Source: an uncultured archaeon (GTDB lineage: Archaea > Asgardarchaeota > Hermodarchaeia > Hermodarchaeales > Hermodarchaeaceae). From it: a DNA stretch of 64,000 nt. Position 1 is the stretch's first letter, and each line of letters opens with the position of its first letter. The position numbers were made by a program, and so were the translations under genes. Shown here one piece after another: positions 19,395-28,418 of the stretch. Under the pieces are notes generated by a model. That model worked only from the letters and a program-made list of their open reading frames with translations. It made no database searches and had not been told where the DNA came from. The stretch covers positions 102,701 to 166,700 of the forward strand of contig CAYFXC010000003.1 in the NCBI GenBank assembly GCA_964347045.1, read 5' to 3'.

Positions 19395-20744
19395 ATGGAA
19401 GCAACTGATGAAGGACCGCGAGTCGCGGAAGTATTTGCCATCGGAATTGGAGAATGCGGAAGCAACCTCGTTGGGGCCTACCTCAAGCAAGCGCGTGAAC
19501 GCATGCTACCACCACGTATCCGCGGATACTTGTGCATGAATACTGATCGATCCGACATAACGAAGCTCCGTCAAAAATATGACATTCCCAAAGAAAACAC
19601 TCTCCTTTATGGCGCATCAGATATTGGTTGTGGCGGGAATTTTACTGATGGTTATAATTACGTTCATGACTTTAAAGATGTCATCATGGGTCAGTTGACG
19701 CAACTGGGGTTTGAGGGAGTCTCTGGGTTTGTCATATTTACGTCATCGGGCGGTGGAACTGGCTGTGGAGGCGCCCCCGCTTTAATTGAGATATTAAAGG
19801 AAAGATTTCAAGAGGAAGAAGGCCGTCGCATTTTCGTCTACGTCTTTACCGTACTTCCTTTCAAGGATCAAACCTCTGAAGCTCTCAACACTATGTGGTC
19901 GCTCTCCAAACTTCTGCGTGGGCAATTAGAAGATCGCGGAGCTGATCTTGTTTGTCTCCTTAGTAACCGCGCTATGCTTCGACGTATTCTGGCTTGGCGA
20001 GAAGGCGAAGTAGCTGATTTCTTACAAAAGCAGTTACAAATTGATGTGGCTAAAGTTACCGATGTTGAAGGAATGGTTCCTTCAACTGTCGATGGTGCCG
20101 ATGATGTGTCCAAGGCACAAGAATCAGCTTTTGTGGAACTCGTGAATCCTCTTGCGCTTAGGTTTGTTGAGCACATGCTAAGTCCTGGCGTCGTTGAGCC
20201 GGGTAAAGAAGTTTTTCCGACAACGGACATCGCAGACTACGCAAGGAAACTGGATCCTATTGTGGTGCCCTGTCTATATACTGATGTAAGTCTAATTCCC
20301 TCTGCTGGAAACATTCCGACGCAACTAAAAACAATGGTCAAATATGCCGTTGAACATTGTAGCTTTGCCGAAATCGGTTCAGAGCCAGGGGCTTCATCGA
20401 CATATTATACCTTCTCAGGAACTCGTGAATATGCACGAGCTGAATACGATCCACATATTAAACAGGCGCTTCGCCCTTATATTGCAAAGGGCGCAGCGAT
20501 TACACCCTGTTTTGTGTCCTATGATGAGGACACCCATCCATCTGATTTACTTCTTCTTTTGGGACTTCCTCAGATTCCTGAAATTGAGGATTTGGTAAAT
20601 TCAGCTACTGAACTTGTGGATCTTCATGCAGGTCCCTCGCCACTTCGAAGAGGTTGGTTTAAGAAATCTAAGGGTGTCGGTGAAGAAGTTCTTCGTGCAT
20701 CCATCCGTGATGTTGCTGAATTATTCAATCTCGAAATGAAGTAA
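19395..20744 (+). CDS. Divergent tubulin/FtsZ-superfamily GTPase (CetZ/tubulin-like)
   Basis: T1 GIGECGSN, T2 MNTD, T3 GCGGN, T4 SSGGGTGCGG, T5 VLPF, T6 LSN, T7 TTDIADY. Confidence 0.92.
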   Translation: MEATDEGPRVAEVFAIGIGECGSNLVGAYLKQARERMLPPRIRGYLCMNTDRSDITKLRQKYDIPKENTLLYGASDIGCGGNFTDGYNYVHDFKDVIMGQLTQLGFEGVSGFVIFTSSGGGTGCGGAPALIEILKERFQEEEGRRIFVYVFTVLPFKDQTSEALNTMWSLSKLLRGQLEDRGADLVCLLSNRAMLRRILAWREGEVADFLQKQLQIDVAKVTDVEGMVPSTVDGADDVSKAQESAFVELVNPLALRFVEHMLSPGVVEPGKEVFPTTDIADYARKLDPIVVPCLYTDVSLIPSAGNIPTQLKTMVKYAVEHCSFAEIGSEPGASSTYYTFSGTREYARAEYDPHIKQALRPYIAKGAAITPCFVSYDEDTHPSDLLLLLGLPQIPEIEDLVNSATELVDLHAGPSPLRRGWFKKSKGVGEEVLRASIRDVAELFNLEMK

Positions 20745-20771
20745 ATTAAGCATTAGTGGAGAAGAAGAAGG

Positions 20772-21782
20772 TTGATAACAGCAGAAGAATTGCTGGAACG
20801 CATCCTCATTCTCACCACAGTCAACTCCACTCTTATTCATGCTCTTATTACCATAGAAGCCGAAGGAGATCTTAATCCTAAACAAATCAACCAGCTTGCT
20901 AGAGGAGTCCGGGCGGTTCGAGAATCGGTTGAGCAAGCACTAGTCGACTCAAAAAATAACAATATTTCTTCAGGTTCGTCCTTTGTGGATGACACCATCA
21001 AAGTTATTCTCACTCATCTTGAACGCATTGAAGCAGCCTTGGACTCATATGCGAAATCGCGAAAGAGAAAAATCTCAAAAGTGGAAGTAAAAGAACCCAT
21101 TATTGCTACCCAACAACTAGTTGCTGAAGCTAGCGAGGATCTTGCGGGACTTACTAGTAAGCCATTTCAACGTCGACTTTCTGTTTTTGATCCGGATAAG
21201 CTTCTTCCACCTATTCAGCAGTTATTGGATAAGTATTCCAGCAGGAGTCACCTTCTTTTACCCAATTATTGGTTCGAATCATGTCGGGAGCTATTCCGAT
21301 ACAGTGAACCACGTGAGGTGATCAAAGAAGTTACGCGTATAGCAAGTCAAATTTTCTACTCTCTTACACGCCGATTTCTTGCTGAAGCACCCTGTGCAGG
21401 TCTGCTTCAAGAACTTTCACGAAAAGGTTCACTAGGCAACGAATTAAACAGCCGTGAACGGAATAAAATCGCGGGAACTAGTAGTGAGTTCTATGATCAG
21501 CTTGCTAAAGCTCTAAAAGAAAATTCAGTAAAATCGAGTATTTCAGATGCTAAACGGAGTCTTCGCTCCTTTGATTGGGGTCCGGCTGACGTAGAGAAAC
21601 GGGTAGTTGGTGTAATTCATCGCAGTGCACGAGAACTTGTGGACCAAGCTGCAGATGGTAAGACTCTTTCAGTCCTAGAACGAATTATCCACGCTGAGCT
21701 TAGTCGCTACATCTCTGCGTTAGCTACGAATCTCCATAACTTACCGCGATTAAACAAATTGTTAACCGATATGAAGGTCTAA
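20772..21782 (+). CDS. Hypothetical all-helical protein, third gene of the tubulin-like operon
   Basis: 336-aa ORF, TTG start after purine-rich GGAGAAGAAGAAGG, 27 bp after the tubulin-like stop. Confidence 0.8.
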   Translation: MITAEELLERILILTTVNSTLIHALITIEAEGDLNPKQINQLARGVRAVRESVEQALVDSKNNNISSGSSFVDDTIKVILTHLERIEAALDSYAKSRKRKISKVEVKEPIIATQQLVAEASEDLAGLTSKPFQRRLSVFDPDKLLPPIQQLLDKYSSRSHLLLPNYWFESCRELFRYSEPREVIKEVTRIASQIFYSLTRRFLAEAPCAGLLQELSRKGSLGNELNSRERNKIAGTSSEFYDQLAKALKENSVKSSISDAKRSLRSFDWGPADVEKRVVGVIHRSARELVDQAADGKTLSVLERIIHAELSRYISALATNLHNLPRLNKLLTDMKV

Positions 21783-22381
21783 GTTGGGTATAGTCGCTTC
21801 TTTAATTGTGCGTTCCCTGTTTCAACGTCATAATCAATCAAATCTGCTCGAGAAAGGTCGCCCAATGCTTTTCTGATTGCAGTAGCTTCATGTCCGGCTG
21901 TTTTTGTAATCTCGTCGCGGGTCATCTTTTTCTTCTTTCCATGCAAAAGGAACAATGTCTTCGCATGGGGTTGAGCATAAAAGACGTCTTCAAGTAACGC
22001 AATGTATAGGGCTAACAATTCCTGAACCGGGATTGATGTTTCTTGTTCAGCTACCAGCTCTTTGTAGGTGTCAGACATCTTCTCTAATTGTGTCTTAATG
22101 GCGTTAAGTTCTGATTCTAAAGCTCGGTTCTTGACCATCAAATCAGTTGATTTATCCGCTGATTCCTTCAGTTCATTGATTGTTCTTTCCAATCTGTCAA
22201 TGGTCGCATTCTTGTTTTGAAGGTCACTGGTTAATTCCTCTATGCGTGCTTCTGCGGTTTTATTCCGTTCACGTTGCTCTACAAGCTCTTGGTTCATGTC
22301 ATTGACAATTTTTTGAACTTTTTTTACAGTCTTTGTGGCTTCAGCAGGATAATCCTTTTCGGGTGGTTTCTCAGTTGCCAT
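21779..22381 (-). CDS. Coiled-coil + C-terminal winged-helix protein (start ATG 22381 after AGGTGA)
   Basis: About 100 aa of heptads, then PHAKTLFLLH...MTRDEITKTAG....IRKALGDLSRADLIDYD. Confidence 0.8.
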   Translation of the reverse strand: MATEKPPEKDYPAEATKTVKKVQKIVNDMNQELVEQRERNKTAEARIEELTSDLQNKNATIDRLERTINELKESADKSTDLMVKNRALESELNAIKTQLEKMSDTYKELVAEQETSIPVQELLALYIALLEDVFYAQPHAKTLFLLHGKKKKMTRDEITKTAGHEATAIRKALGDLSRADLIDYDVETGNAQLKKRLYPT

Positions 22382-22448
22382 TCTATTCACCTTCTATTGT
22401 CACTTTACATTGCTTAGGGTTTCTTGTATTTATGGCTAGAGTTTTCAT

Positions 22449-23480
22449 CTACTTAGTGTTTTTTTGTTTGCGAGTTGCAATACGGTTGAGTTGAGGTGGT
22501 GGCGGAGGTGCTACAATTGATTCTTGGGTAAAATCGAAAATAGTTATCACGTCATTTTCAAACGTTGCCTTCAGTTGTTGTGTAGAATCCACAGTTCCCA
22601 ATGAGGTGGCTGTTAATTTATGTTCTTTAAAGATGGATATGACCGATTTAACATTATCCGGAATAGTCGTGACGATAAACCCTGTCGAGATGTACATTTT
22701 CAACCAAGTAGTTAAATCAAGATTCTTTGGAACAGGTATAGCCGCAAAATCGATGGTTGCGCCCTTTTGCGCATACTCCAACATTAGAAGGCTTGTCCCA
22801 ATAATGCCTCCGTTGCTCAAATCCTTTGATGCGGTAAGAAGACATCGTTCTGCAAGAACTCGCATTGCTTCATATCGTTTGAGAACATCCTTCGACTTCT
22901 TAAGGGCGGTAGTGTCCCATCCAAACTCATAATTCGGAGAAACACGTCCTTCTAAATCGACTGCTAGAATGAGCTGATCACCTGGCTGAGCTCCACCCGC
23001 ACTGATATAGGCTTCTCTGGGAACTGTTCCACAAATTGATGCACTTACTCCATTAATCGGGGCATTGGGTGTCGTATGTCCTCGGACTACTTCAACTTTG
23101 AACTTTTGCCCCGCGTCACAGATTCCTTCCATAAACTTCACACCTGCTTCCATTTCAGTGAATGCGACGTTAACCATAGCCACAATTGGGCGTCCACCCG
23201 CTGCATAGATATCATTCACATTAACAAGGATAGCAGCATACCCGGCAACATACGGCTTAGACTCCGCTAGTTCTGGGATGACTGCATCTGTTGAAAGCAA
23301 AATAAGATTATCTCCACCCAGGTCAATGGCTGCGGAGTCCTCTCCAATTGAAGAGAGAACATGTGGGCATTTGAACCCTTCATTTCGAAGAATTGTTACC
23401 AGTTGACCAATTGGTTGTTTACGGCGTAATCCCCAATAGTCTTTTACATCAGAAACGATAGTAGACAACTTTTCAGGCAT
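22449..23480 (-). CDS. AIR synthase/PurM-like ATPase (methanogenesis marker 2 / sll0787-like family)
   Basis: GEDSAAI, LLSTD, AGY.AILVNVNDIYAAGGRP, GHT.P, A.PGD.L..AVDL.G, KDLSNGG..GT. Confidence 0.8.
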   Translation of the reverse strand: MPEKLSTIVSDVKDYWGLRRKQPIGQLVTILRNEGFKCPHVLSSIGEDSAAIDLGGDNLILLSTDAVIPELAESKPYVAGYAAILVNVNDIYAAGGRPIVAMVNVAFTEMEAGVKFMEGICDAGQKFKVEVVRGHTTPNAPINGVSASICGTVPREAYISAGGAQPGDQLILAVDLEGRVSPNYEFGWDTTALKKSKDVLKRYEAMRVLAERCLLTASKDLSNGGIIGTSLLMLEYAQKGATIDFAAIPVPKNLDLTTWLKMYISTGFIVTTIPDNVKSVISIFKEHKLTATSLGTVDSTQQLKATFENDVITIFDFTQESIVAPPPPPQLNRIATRKQKNTK

Positions 23481-23586
23481 CTAAATGCAGGCTCCTCAAA
23501 TAGAATCGAGTATGTAGGTTTCGATAAAACTTGTGGTTACAACGCATTATAGAACGAAAAAAGCTATGAAATCATGTGAATTGAAT

Positions 23587-24978
23587 TTAACCAGTTATTG
23601 AAACTCCATCAATGAGCAGGCTTGGGGTTGATACAAATAATGAAGTAATTTCAATATCACTCCCGATTTCACGCAACTGCTCTAATCCTGTATAGAAGTT
23701 GCCTGCAATCGACACAGGTTCAAGAGGATGCTTCTTTTCTCCGTTTTCTATTAGAAACACCGAATTTGCCACTGCTGAAAATTCGCCCGTTGCAACGGTA
23801 CTATGAAAGATTCCAATTGGAATATCCATTATTAGCAATCCTTTCCCGTCAATTGAAGCAATGAGGTCTTCCTGAGATTTCTTCCCTTGTCTGACTTCAA
23901 GATTCTTTCCAAATATTGTGGGGGCATGTTCATAGGGTAAACGGGACCCAAATGGTCCTCCTGAACGAGCACTATTACCTGTTGATCCGGTTCCTGCAAT
24001 CCGCCCATAGTATGAATCAAAAAGGAAGCCTCTCAAAACACCTTTCTCGATAATGGTGGTTTTTCCTTGCGGATGACCCTCCGCATCAATTGCCTCAGTC
24101 GAGATTCCCAGAGGATCTTGCCCATCATCAACGAGTGTTAAACTAGAATGTGCGATTTTTTCTCCAAGCTTATTACTTAATGGGGACACGCCTTCAACAA
24201 CTGCTTGTCCCTTGGCGGATTGTTGAAGACTTGCTAAAATGTAGCTTGCTGCCGCCCAAGGTACCCATAAAGTAGGCAATTTAGTGGTTTGATTCAATCT
24301 CTTTGTTCCTAGCATGCTTATGGCTTTGTCAGCTGCTTTTTGTCCAATACCAGTAACATCGAGTGCCTTCTCTCGAGTGATTAATTCCTCTGAAGCTGTT
24401 CTTCGTTCCTCTCCCTCAATCGCCATAGCGTAAGCACTACAGGCGTTATGTGCTGAGGTTGATGCCTGCTGCAGACCTAGCGAATTGCCAATGGCAAAAC
24501 CACCCCACGTTCTTAGACATTCAACTGCTGCTAGTATACGACCATTTGCTTTGGTCACGTCTCCAATTAATTGGAGAGACGATTTTACCAAATCCTCTGT
24601 TGTTATCTCAAGAATCTCATTGGAAAATTTACCTTCTTTTCCAGGAGGTTTTGGTTCGCAAAATCCCTTGAAGCGTGTGTCTTTTTCTGAAGTTGCCTTC
24701 AAACTTGCTAAAGCGTCTTTTATGCTTCTTTTTATCTGGTTGGCTGCTATTCCACTCGAAGAAGAAAAACTAACACGTTGGTCTTTTGACATTCGTACGG
24801 CATTTCCTGCTACAATTCCATCGGTTGCTTCTACAATCCCCTGTTTAATTTCCACATTCGACTCACTTCGGTAATACAAGAACAATTCAAAGTCTGCAGT
24901 CTTATCCAAAGATTGCGCAAATTTAAGACCCGAATCCACTTCCGCCAGTAATGTATCCTTTATTTTCTCATATTCCAT
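23587..24978 (-). CDS. pmbA: TldE/PmbA family protein
   Basis: DAEGHP..KT.IIEKGVL, STGNS.R, TGEFS, G.FLIENGE, IAGN, TPSLLI; no HExxxH. Confidence 0.9.
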   Translation of the reverse strand: MEYEKIKDTLLAEVDSGLKFAQSLDKTADFELFLYYRSESNVEIKQGIVEATDGIVAGNAVRMSKDQRVSFSSSSGIAANQIKRSIKDALASLKATSEKDTRFKGFCEPKPPGKEGKFSNEILEITTEDLVKSSLQLIGDVTKANGRILAAVECLRTWGGFAIGNSLGLQQASTSAHNACSAYAMAIEGEERRTASEELITREKALDVTGIGQKAADKAISMLGTKRLNQTTKLPTLWVPWAAASYILASLQQSAKGQAVVEGVSPLSNKLGEKIAHSSLTLVDDGQDPLGISTEAIDAEGHPQGKTTIIEKGVLRGFLFDSYYGRIAGTGSTGNSARSGGPFGSRLPYEHAPTIFGKNLEVRQGKKSQEDLIASIDGKGLLIMDIPIGIFHSTVATGEFSAVANSVFLIENGEKKHPLEPVSIAGNFYTGLEQLREIGSDIEITSLFVSTPSLLIDGVSITG

Positions 24979-24998
24979 CAGAGTTCATCTCCGTTCTT

Positions 24999-26435
24999 CT
25001 AGGCTTTTCCTCCGAACGTCACATCTCGAATGAGGAGTTTCGGTCCTCCAAGACCCGTAGGTAATGGGCGTTGCCCGCTCTTTCCGCAACCTCCAAAATA
25101 TGTCCCCCACAAATTAATATCTCGTGTAGCTCCCTCTACACGTTGAAGTAATTGTAGAATATTCCCTGAAAGTGATACCTCTCGGATTGGATGTTGGATT
25201 TTACCATTTTCTACCCAATATCCTCTATTTGCTTTGAAAAGGAAACTGCCATCTCCTTCCACTTGTCCACCCATCGTTTGTATTGCATAGATACCGGTTC
25301 CCAATTGCTCAAGTGCTTCCTCTTCTGTAAGATCGCCAGGTGTGAAGAACGTGTTTGTCATACGTGGGATAGGCATGAACCCAAAGTGAACCGCACGACA
25401 ATTTCCAGTAGGTTTTTGTTCTAATTTCTGTGCAGTCCCTCTGCTATGAAGAAAATGCTTGAGAACGCCTTTTTCAAGAATTGTTGTCATATCGGCTGGA
25501 GTGCCTTGATCATCAAAGGGAAGCCAAAGCCCTCCTATTTTATTAATATCAGGAATTCCCCCATCAATAATAGTGGCATGTTTAGTTCCAAGTCTTTTTC
25601 CAATTTTTCCTGCTAATGGCGAGACTCCGATTGTAACGAAATCACCTTCGCTGAGGTGGCCAAAACTTTCATGAGCTAGCACGCCGGTTAAGGCATTATC
25701 AATAAGTGTTGAAAATTTTCCCGCGGGGCATGCCTTTGCTTTGAGTTGCTCTGAAGCAAGTTCGCCTGCTGTTTTCCCAATCTCTTCTGGTGTAGTCTCT
25801 TTTTGAGTATAAACTTCTAGACCAAAACTTCCTGCTTTTCGCTCCGATGCAAATACGAGTTCGCCAGAACTGGTTTTTGATATAACACGACAGGTTAAAT
25901 CGATTACAAGAAATTCCCAATCGATATTTGTTTCTTCACTATTGGTAAAGATTTTTTGACCATATAATTCGCCATAGGCTCCTGTAATATTTTCAATATT
26001 TTTTCCGTGATCAGAAGCGTTCTCCACCATTCGGTTGATGAGGTTCATTTTAAATTCTTGGGATTCTGTTTTTGGGTGGATTTTCACAGAGCGTGTATCT
26101 GTCGGTTTACTTTTCACCCTTGATCTTCTTTCAAAATTTAGCTTTAGAGACGCTGCTGTTGAAGCGGCTTTTGCCATTTTAAAGGCACGATTAACTGTTT
26201 CTTCAATATCATTAACAACTTCACTAGCTGTAAAGGAATAACCCGCTGTTCCACCAAAATAACAAGTAACTCCAATCCCTGTACGGAATTTTGAAAGGAT
26301 ATCCTTCCAGGTGTCATCTTTTTTTGTCTTGATTCGCCTTAATGTATGGAGGGTAAAATCATCAAAACGGGCTTCAACAAAATCTGCTCCAAGTCTCTCG
26401 CCCAATGAGACTGCATCTTGAAGTTTATCTAGCAT
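24999..26435 (-). CDS. tldD: TldD metalloprotease
   Basis: HESFGHLSEGD, FDDQGT, TGN.RA, PRMTNT, GGCGKSGQ. Confidence 0.95.
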   Translation of the reverse strand: MLDKLQDAVSLGERLGADFVEARFDDFTLHTLRRIKTKKDDTWKDILSKFRTGIGVTCYFGGTAGYSFTASEVVNDIEETVNRAFKMAKAASTAASLKLNFERRSRVKSKPTDTRSVKIHPKTESQEFKMNLINRMVENASDHGKNIENITGAYGELYGQKIFTNSEETNIDWEFLVIDLTCRVISKTSSGELVFASERKAGSFGLEVYTQKETTPEEIGKTAGELASEQLKAKACPAGKFSTLIDNALTGVLAHESFGHLSEGDFVTIGVSPLAGKIGKRLGTKHATIIDGGIPDINKIGGLWLPFDDQGTPADMTTILEKGVLKHFLHSRGTAQKLEQKPTGNCRAVHFGFMPIPRMTNTFFTPGDLTEEEALEQLGTGIYAIQTMGGQVEGDGSFLFKANRGYWVENGKIQHPIREVSLSGNILQLLQRVEGATRDINLWGTYFGGCGKSGQRPLPTGLGGPKLLIRDVTFGGKA

Positions 26436-26548
26436 ACATTTTCAACCTCAACATCTAATATTAGCTCAGGAGTAGCAGATTTATACTATATAAGCCGTCC
26501 TCAGCAACCGAGTTTAGATTTCTTTCAAAAACGTAGAGGTGACTGTGT

Positions 26549-27490
26549 TTGGAATTTGGTGTACAAATAGAGCCGCAGTTTGGATATTCCTTTGATGACA
26601 TTATTTCAGTAGCTGATGTTGCATTGAAAAATGGTTTTTCGACAATTTGGTTTTCTGATCATTTCATGCTTGACAAGGATTCAGTCGATCGGGTATTACT
26701 TGATCCTTGGTTAATAATGACTGCACTTACTCAACACAACGCGAAGGTGCGAGTTGGCAGCATGGTATTCTGTCAAAGTTACAGGAATCCTGCGCTTACA
26801 GCAAAAATGGCTGCATCTCTTGATGTTTTATCAAATGGACGCTTGGATTTTGGAATTGGGGCTGGTTGGAAAGAAATCGAATACCATGCTTATGGTTATC
26901 CTTTTCCTTCTGCCAAAACACGGATTAAACAACTTGAAGATGCTGTTCAGATTATCCGTGGTATATGGCAGAATGAACGGTTTACTTTCAGGGGGAACTA
27001 TTATCAAGTTGAAGACATTATTTCGGTTCCTAAACCAATTCAAAACCCAATGCCTATCTGGATTGGAGCCCAACAGGGTAAAGAAATGATGCTTCGGGTA
27101 ACCGCTAAATATGGAGATGGAATTAACATCGCATGGATGACCACACCAGATGATTTAGATCAACGCTTCCAACTATTAACAAAATTTACGAAAAAATATG
27201 GTCGTGAAAGTAGTAATATCATGAAATCAGTTGGATTATGGACTAGGCACTTTGATTCCCTAGACGCAATGGAAGCTGCCCTCATTGAGAGTGCGAAATC
27301 AAGAAATGTTCCTCTCAAAGATTATCGAACGCGAGTTTCTCAAGCTTTATGGGGGACACCAGATCATATGATTACACGTCTTCGCGAATTTGAACAAATC
27401 GGGGTCTCTCATGTTGTTCTCATGTTTCCTCATGGGGAAGAAATCAACCATATCAAATCTTTAGGAAAATCCGTTCTTCCAAAGTTGTAA
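26549..27490 (+). CDS. LLM-class (probably F420-dependent) oxidoreductase
   Basis: GF.TIWFSDHF, YRNPALTAKMAASLD.LSNGRL.FGIGAGW..EY.AYG, PKP.Q.P.PIWIG. Confidence 0.93.
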   Translation: MEFGVQIEPQFGYSFDDIISVADVALKNGFSTIWFSDHFMLDKDSVDRVLLDPWLIMTALTQHNAKVRVGSMVFCQSYRNPALTAKMAASLDVLSNGRLDFGIGAGWKEIEYHAYGYPFPSAKTRIKQLEDAVQIIRGIWQNERFTFRGNYYQVEDIISVPKPIQNPMPIWIGAQQGKEMMLRVTAKYGDGINIAWMTTPDDLDQRFQLLTKFTKKYGRESSNIMKSVGLWTRHFDSLDAMEAALIESAKSRNVPLKDYRTRVSQALWGTPDHMITRLREFEQIGVSHVVLMFPHGEEINHIKSLGKSVLPKL

Positions 27491-27668
27491 CAAAGATTTT
27501 GTATGTTCACGTTATCATTGCATGATTCTCCGCTCGCGCAATCTGATCAATTACTATTCATTCTGCAGATACCGGAAACTTCTAATGAAGAATCTTGTAC
27601 ATGCCACTCACTTAACACTCGAAACAGTAATGTCGATTCCATTCCCGGCATAAATCCGTTCCTGCTGG

Positions 27669-28418
27669 TTGGCCACGGTGTCAAGATTGACTCATAAATC
27701 CATCGTAGTCAAATGTGATAATGTTTTCAAGACGTATGAGGATGGAGAACTTAGAGTCGAAGTACTAAAAGGCCTCGATTTTTCTGTAAACACAGGTGAA
27801 TTTGTCGCTATCGTAGGGGCTAGTGGAAGTGGAAAAACAACACTCATAAATCTTATCGCACTTTTAGACTCAGCCACAGCGGGTGAAATTAGCATTGATG
27901 GGCAATCCGTAAATGGTTTGGACGATAAAGCCCTATCATACCTTCGTCGTGATAAAATTGGGATAGTATTTCAGGGTTTCTACCTTTTGGAAATTATGAA
28001 CGCGCGAGAAAACGTTGAAGTTCCAATGGTATTTGCAGACATATCTAAGGAGGAACGTATTACCCGGGCACTCGATCTTCTTGATTTAGTAGGAATGCGA
28101 GATTTTGCGGAACAATATCCGACTGAGATGTCAGGTGGGCAAATGCAACGAATAGCATTTGCAAGGGCCATAGCAAATGACCCCGTTTTGCTACTTGCTG
28201 ACGAACCGACAGGTAACTTAGATACTGCAACGGGAATTGAAATCATCCGATTGTTTCAGGAATTAGCTCATAATTATCGAAAAGCTGTTGTGGTAGCCAC
28301 TCATGATCCTGAGGTTGCCAGCTCAGCCGATAGAATTCTAGTACTCCGTCATGGAAGACTCCACACAGATACATCTATGTATGGACGTGATAGCGATTCC
28401 GAGGAGGAGCAGTCGTGA
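27669..28418 (+). CDS. ABC ATPase, LolD/MacB type
   Basis: GASGSGKT, GIVFQ, MSGGQMQR, LLADEPTGNLD, VATHD. Confidence 0.95.
   Translation: MATVSRLTHKSIVVKCDNVFKTYEDGELRVEVLKGLDFSVNTGEFVAIVGASGSGKTTLINLIALLDSATAGEISIDGQSVNGLDDKALSYLRRDKIGIVFQGFYLLEIMNARENVEVPMVFADISKEERITRALDLLDLVGMRDFAEQYPTEMSGGQMQRIAFARAIANDPVLLLADEPTGNLDTATGIEIIRLFQELAHNYRKAVVVATHDPEVASSADRILVLRHGRLHTDTSMYGRDSDSEEEQS

Noticed and set aside
19395-20744. Canonical FtsZ or true alpha/beta tubulin
   Set aside because: Lacks the FtsZ GGGGxN, PFxxEG and GxxNxD motifs and disordered tail, and the tubulin DLEP, NNWAxG and PxPRLHF motifs
22449-23480. Selenophosphate synthetase SelD or a selenoprotein system
   Set aside because: No catalytic Cys/Sec-x-x-Lys motif; I found no convincing in-frame TGA in any gene and no clear SECIS among the hairpins
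27503-27697. 64-aa ORF upstream of the ABC operon
   Set aside because: No motif or SD, overlaps the ATPase start; probably promoter sequence
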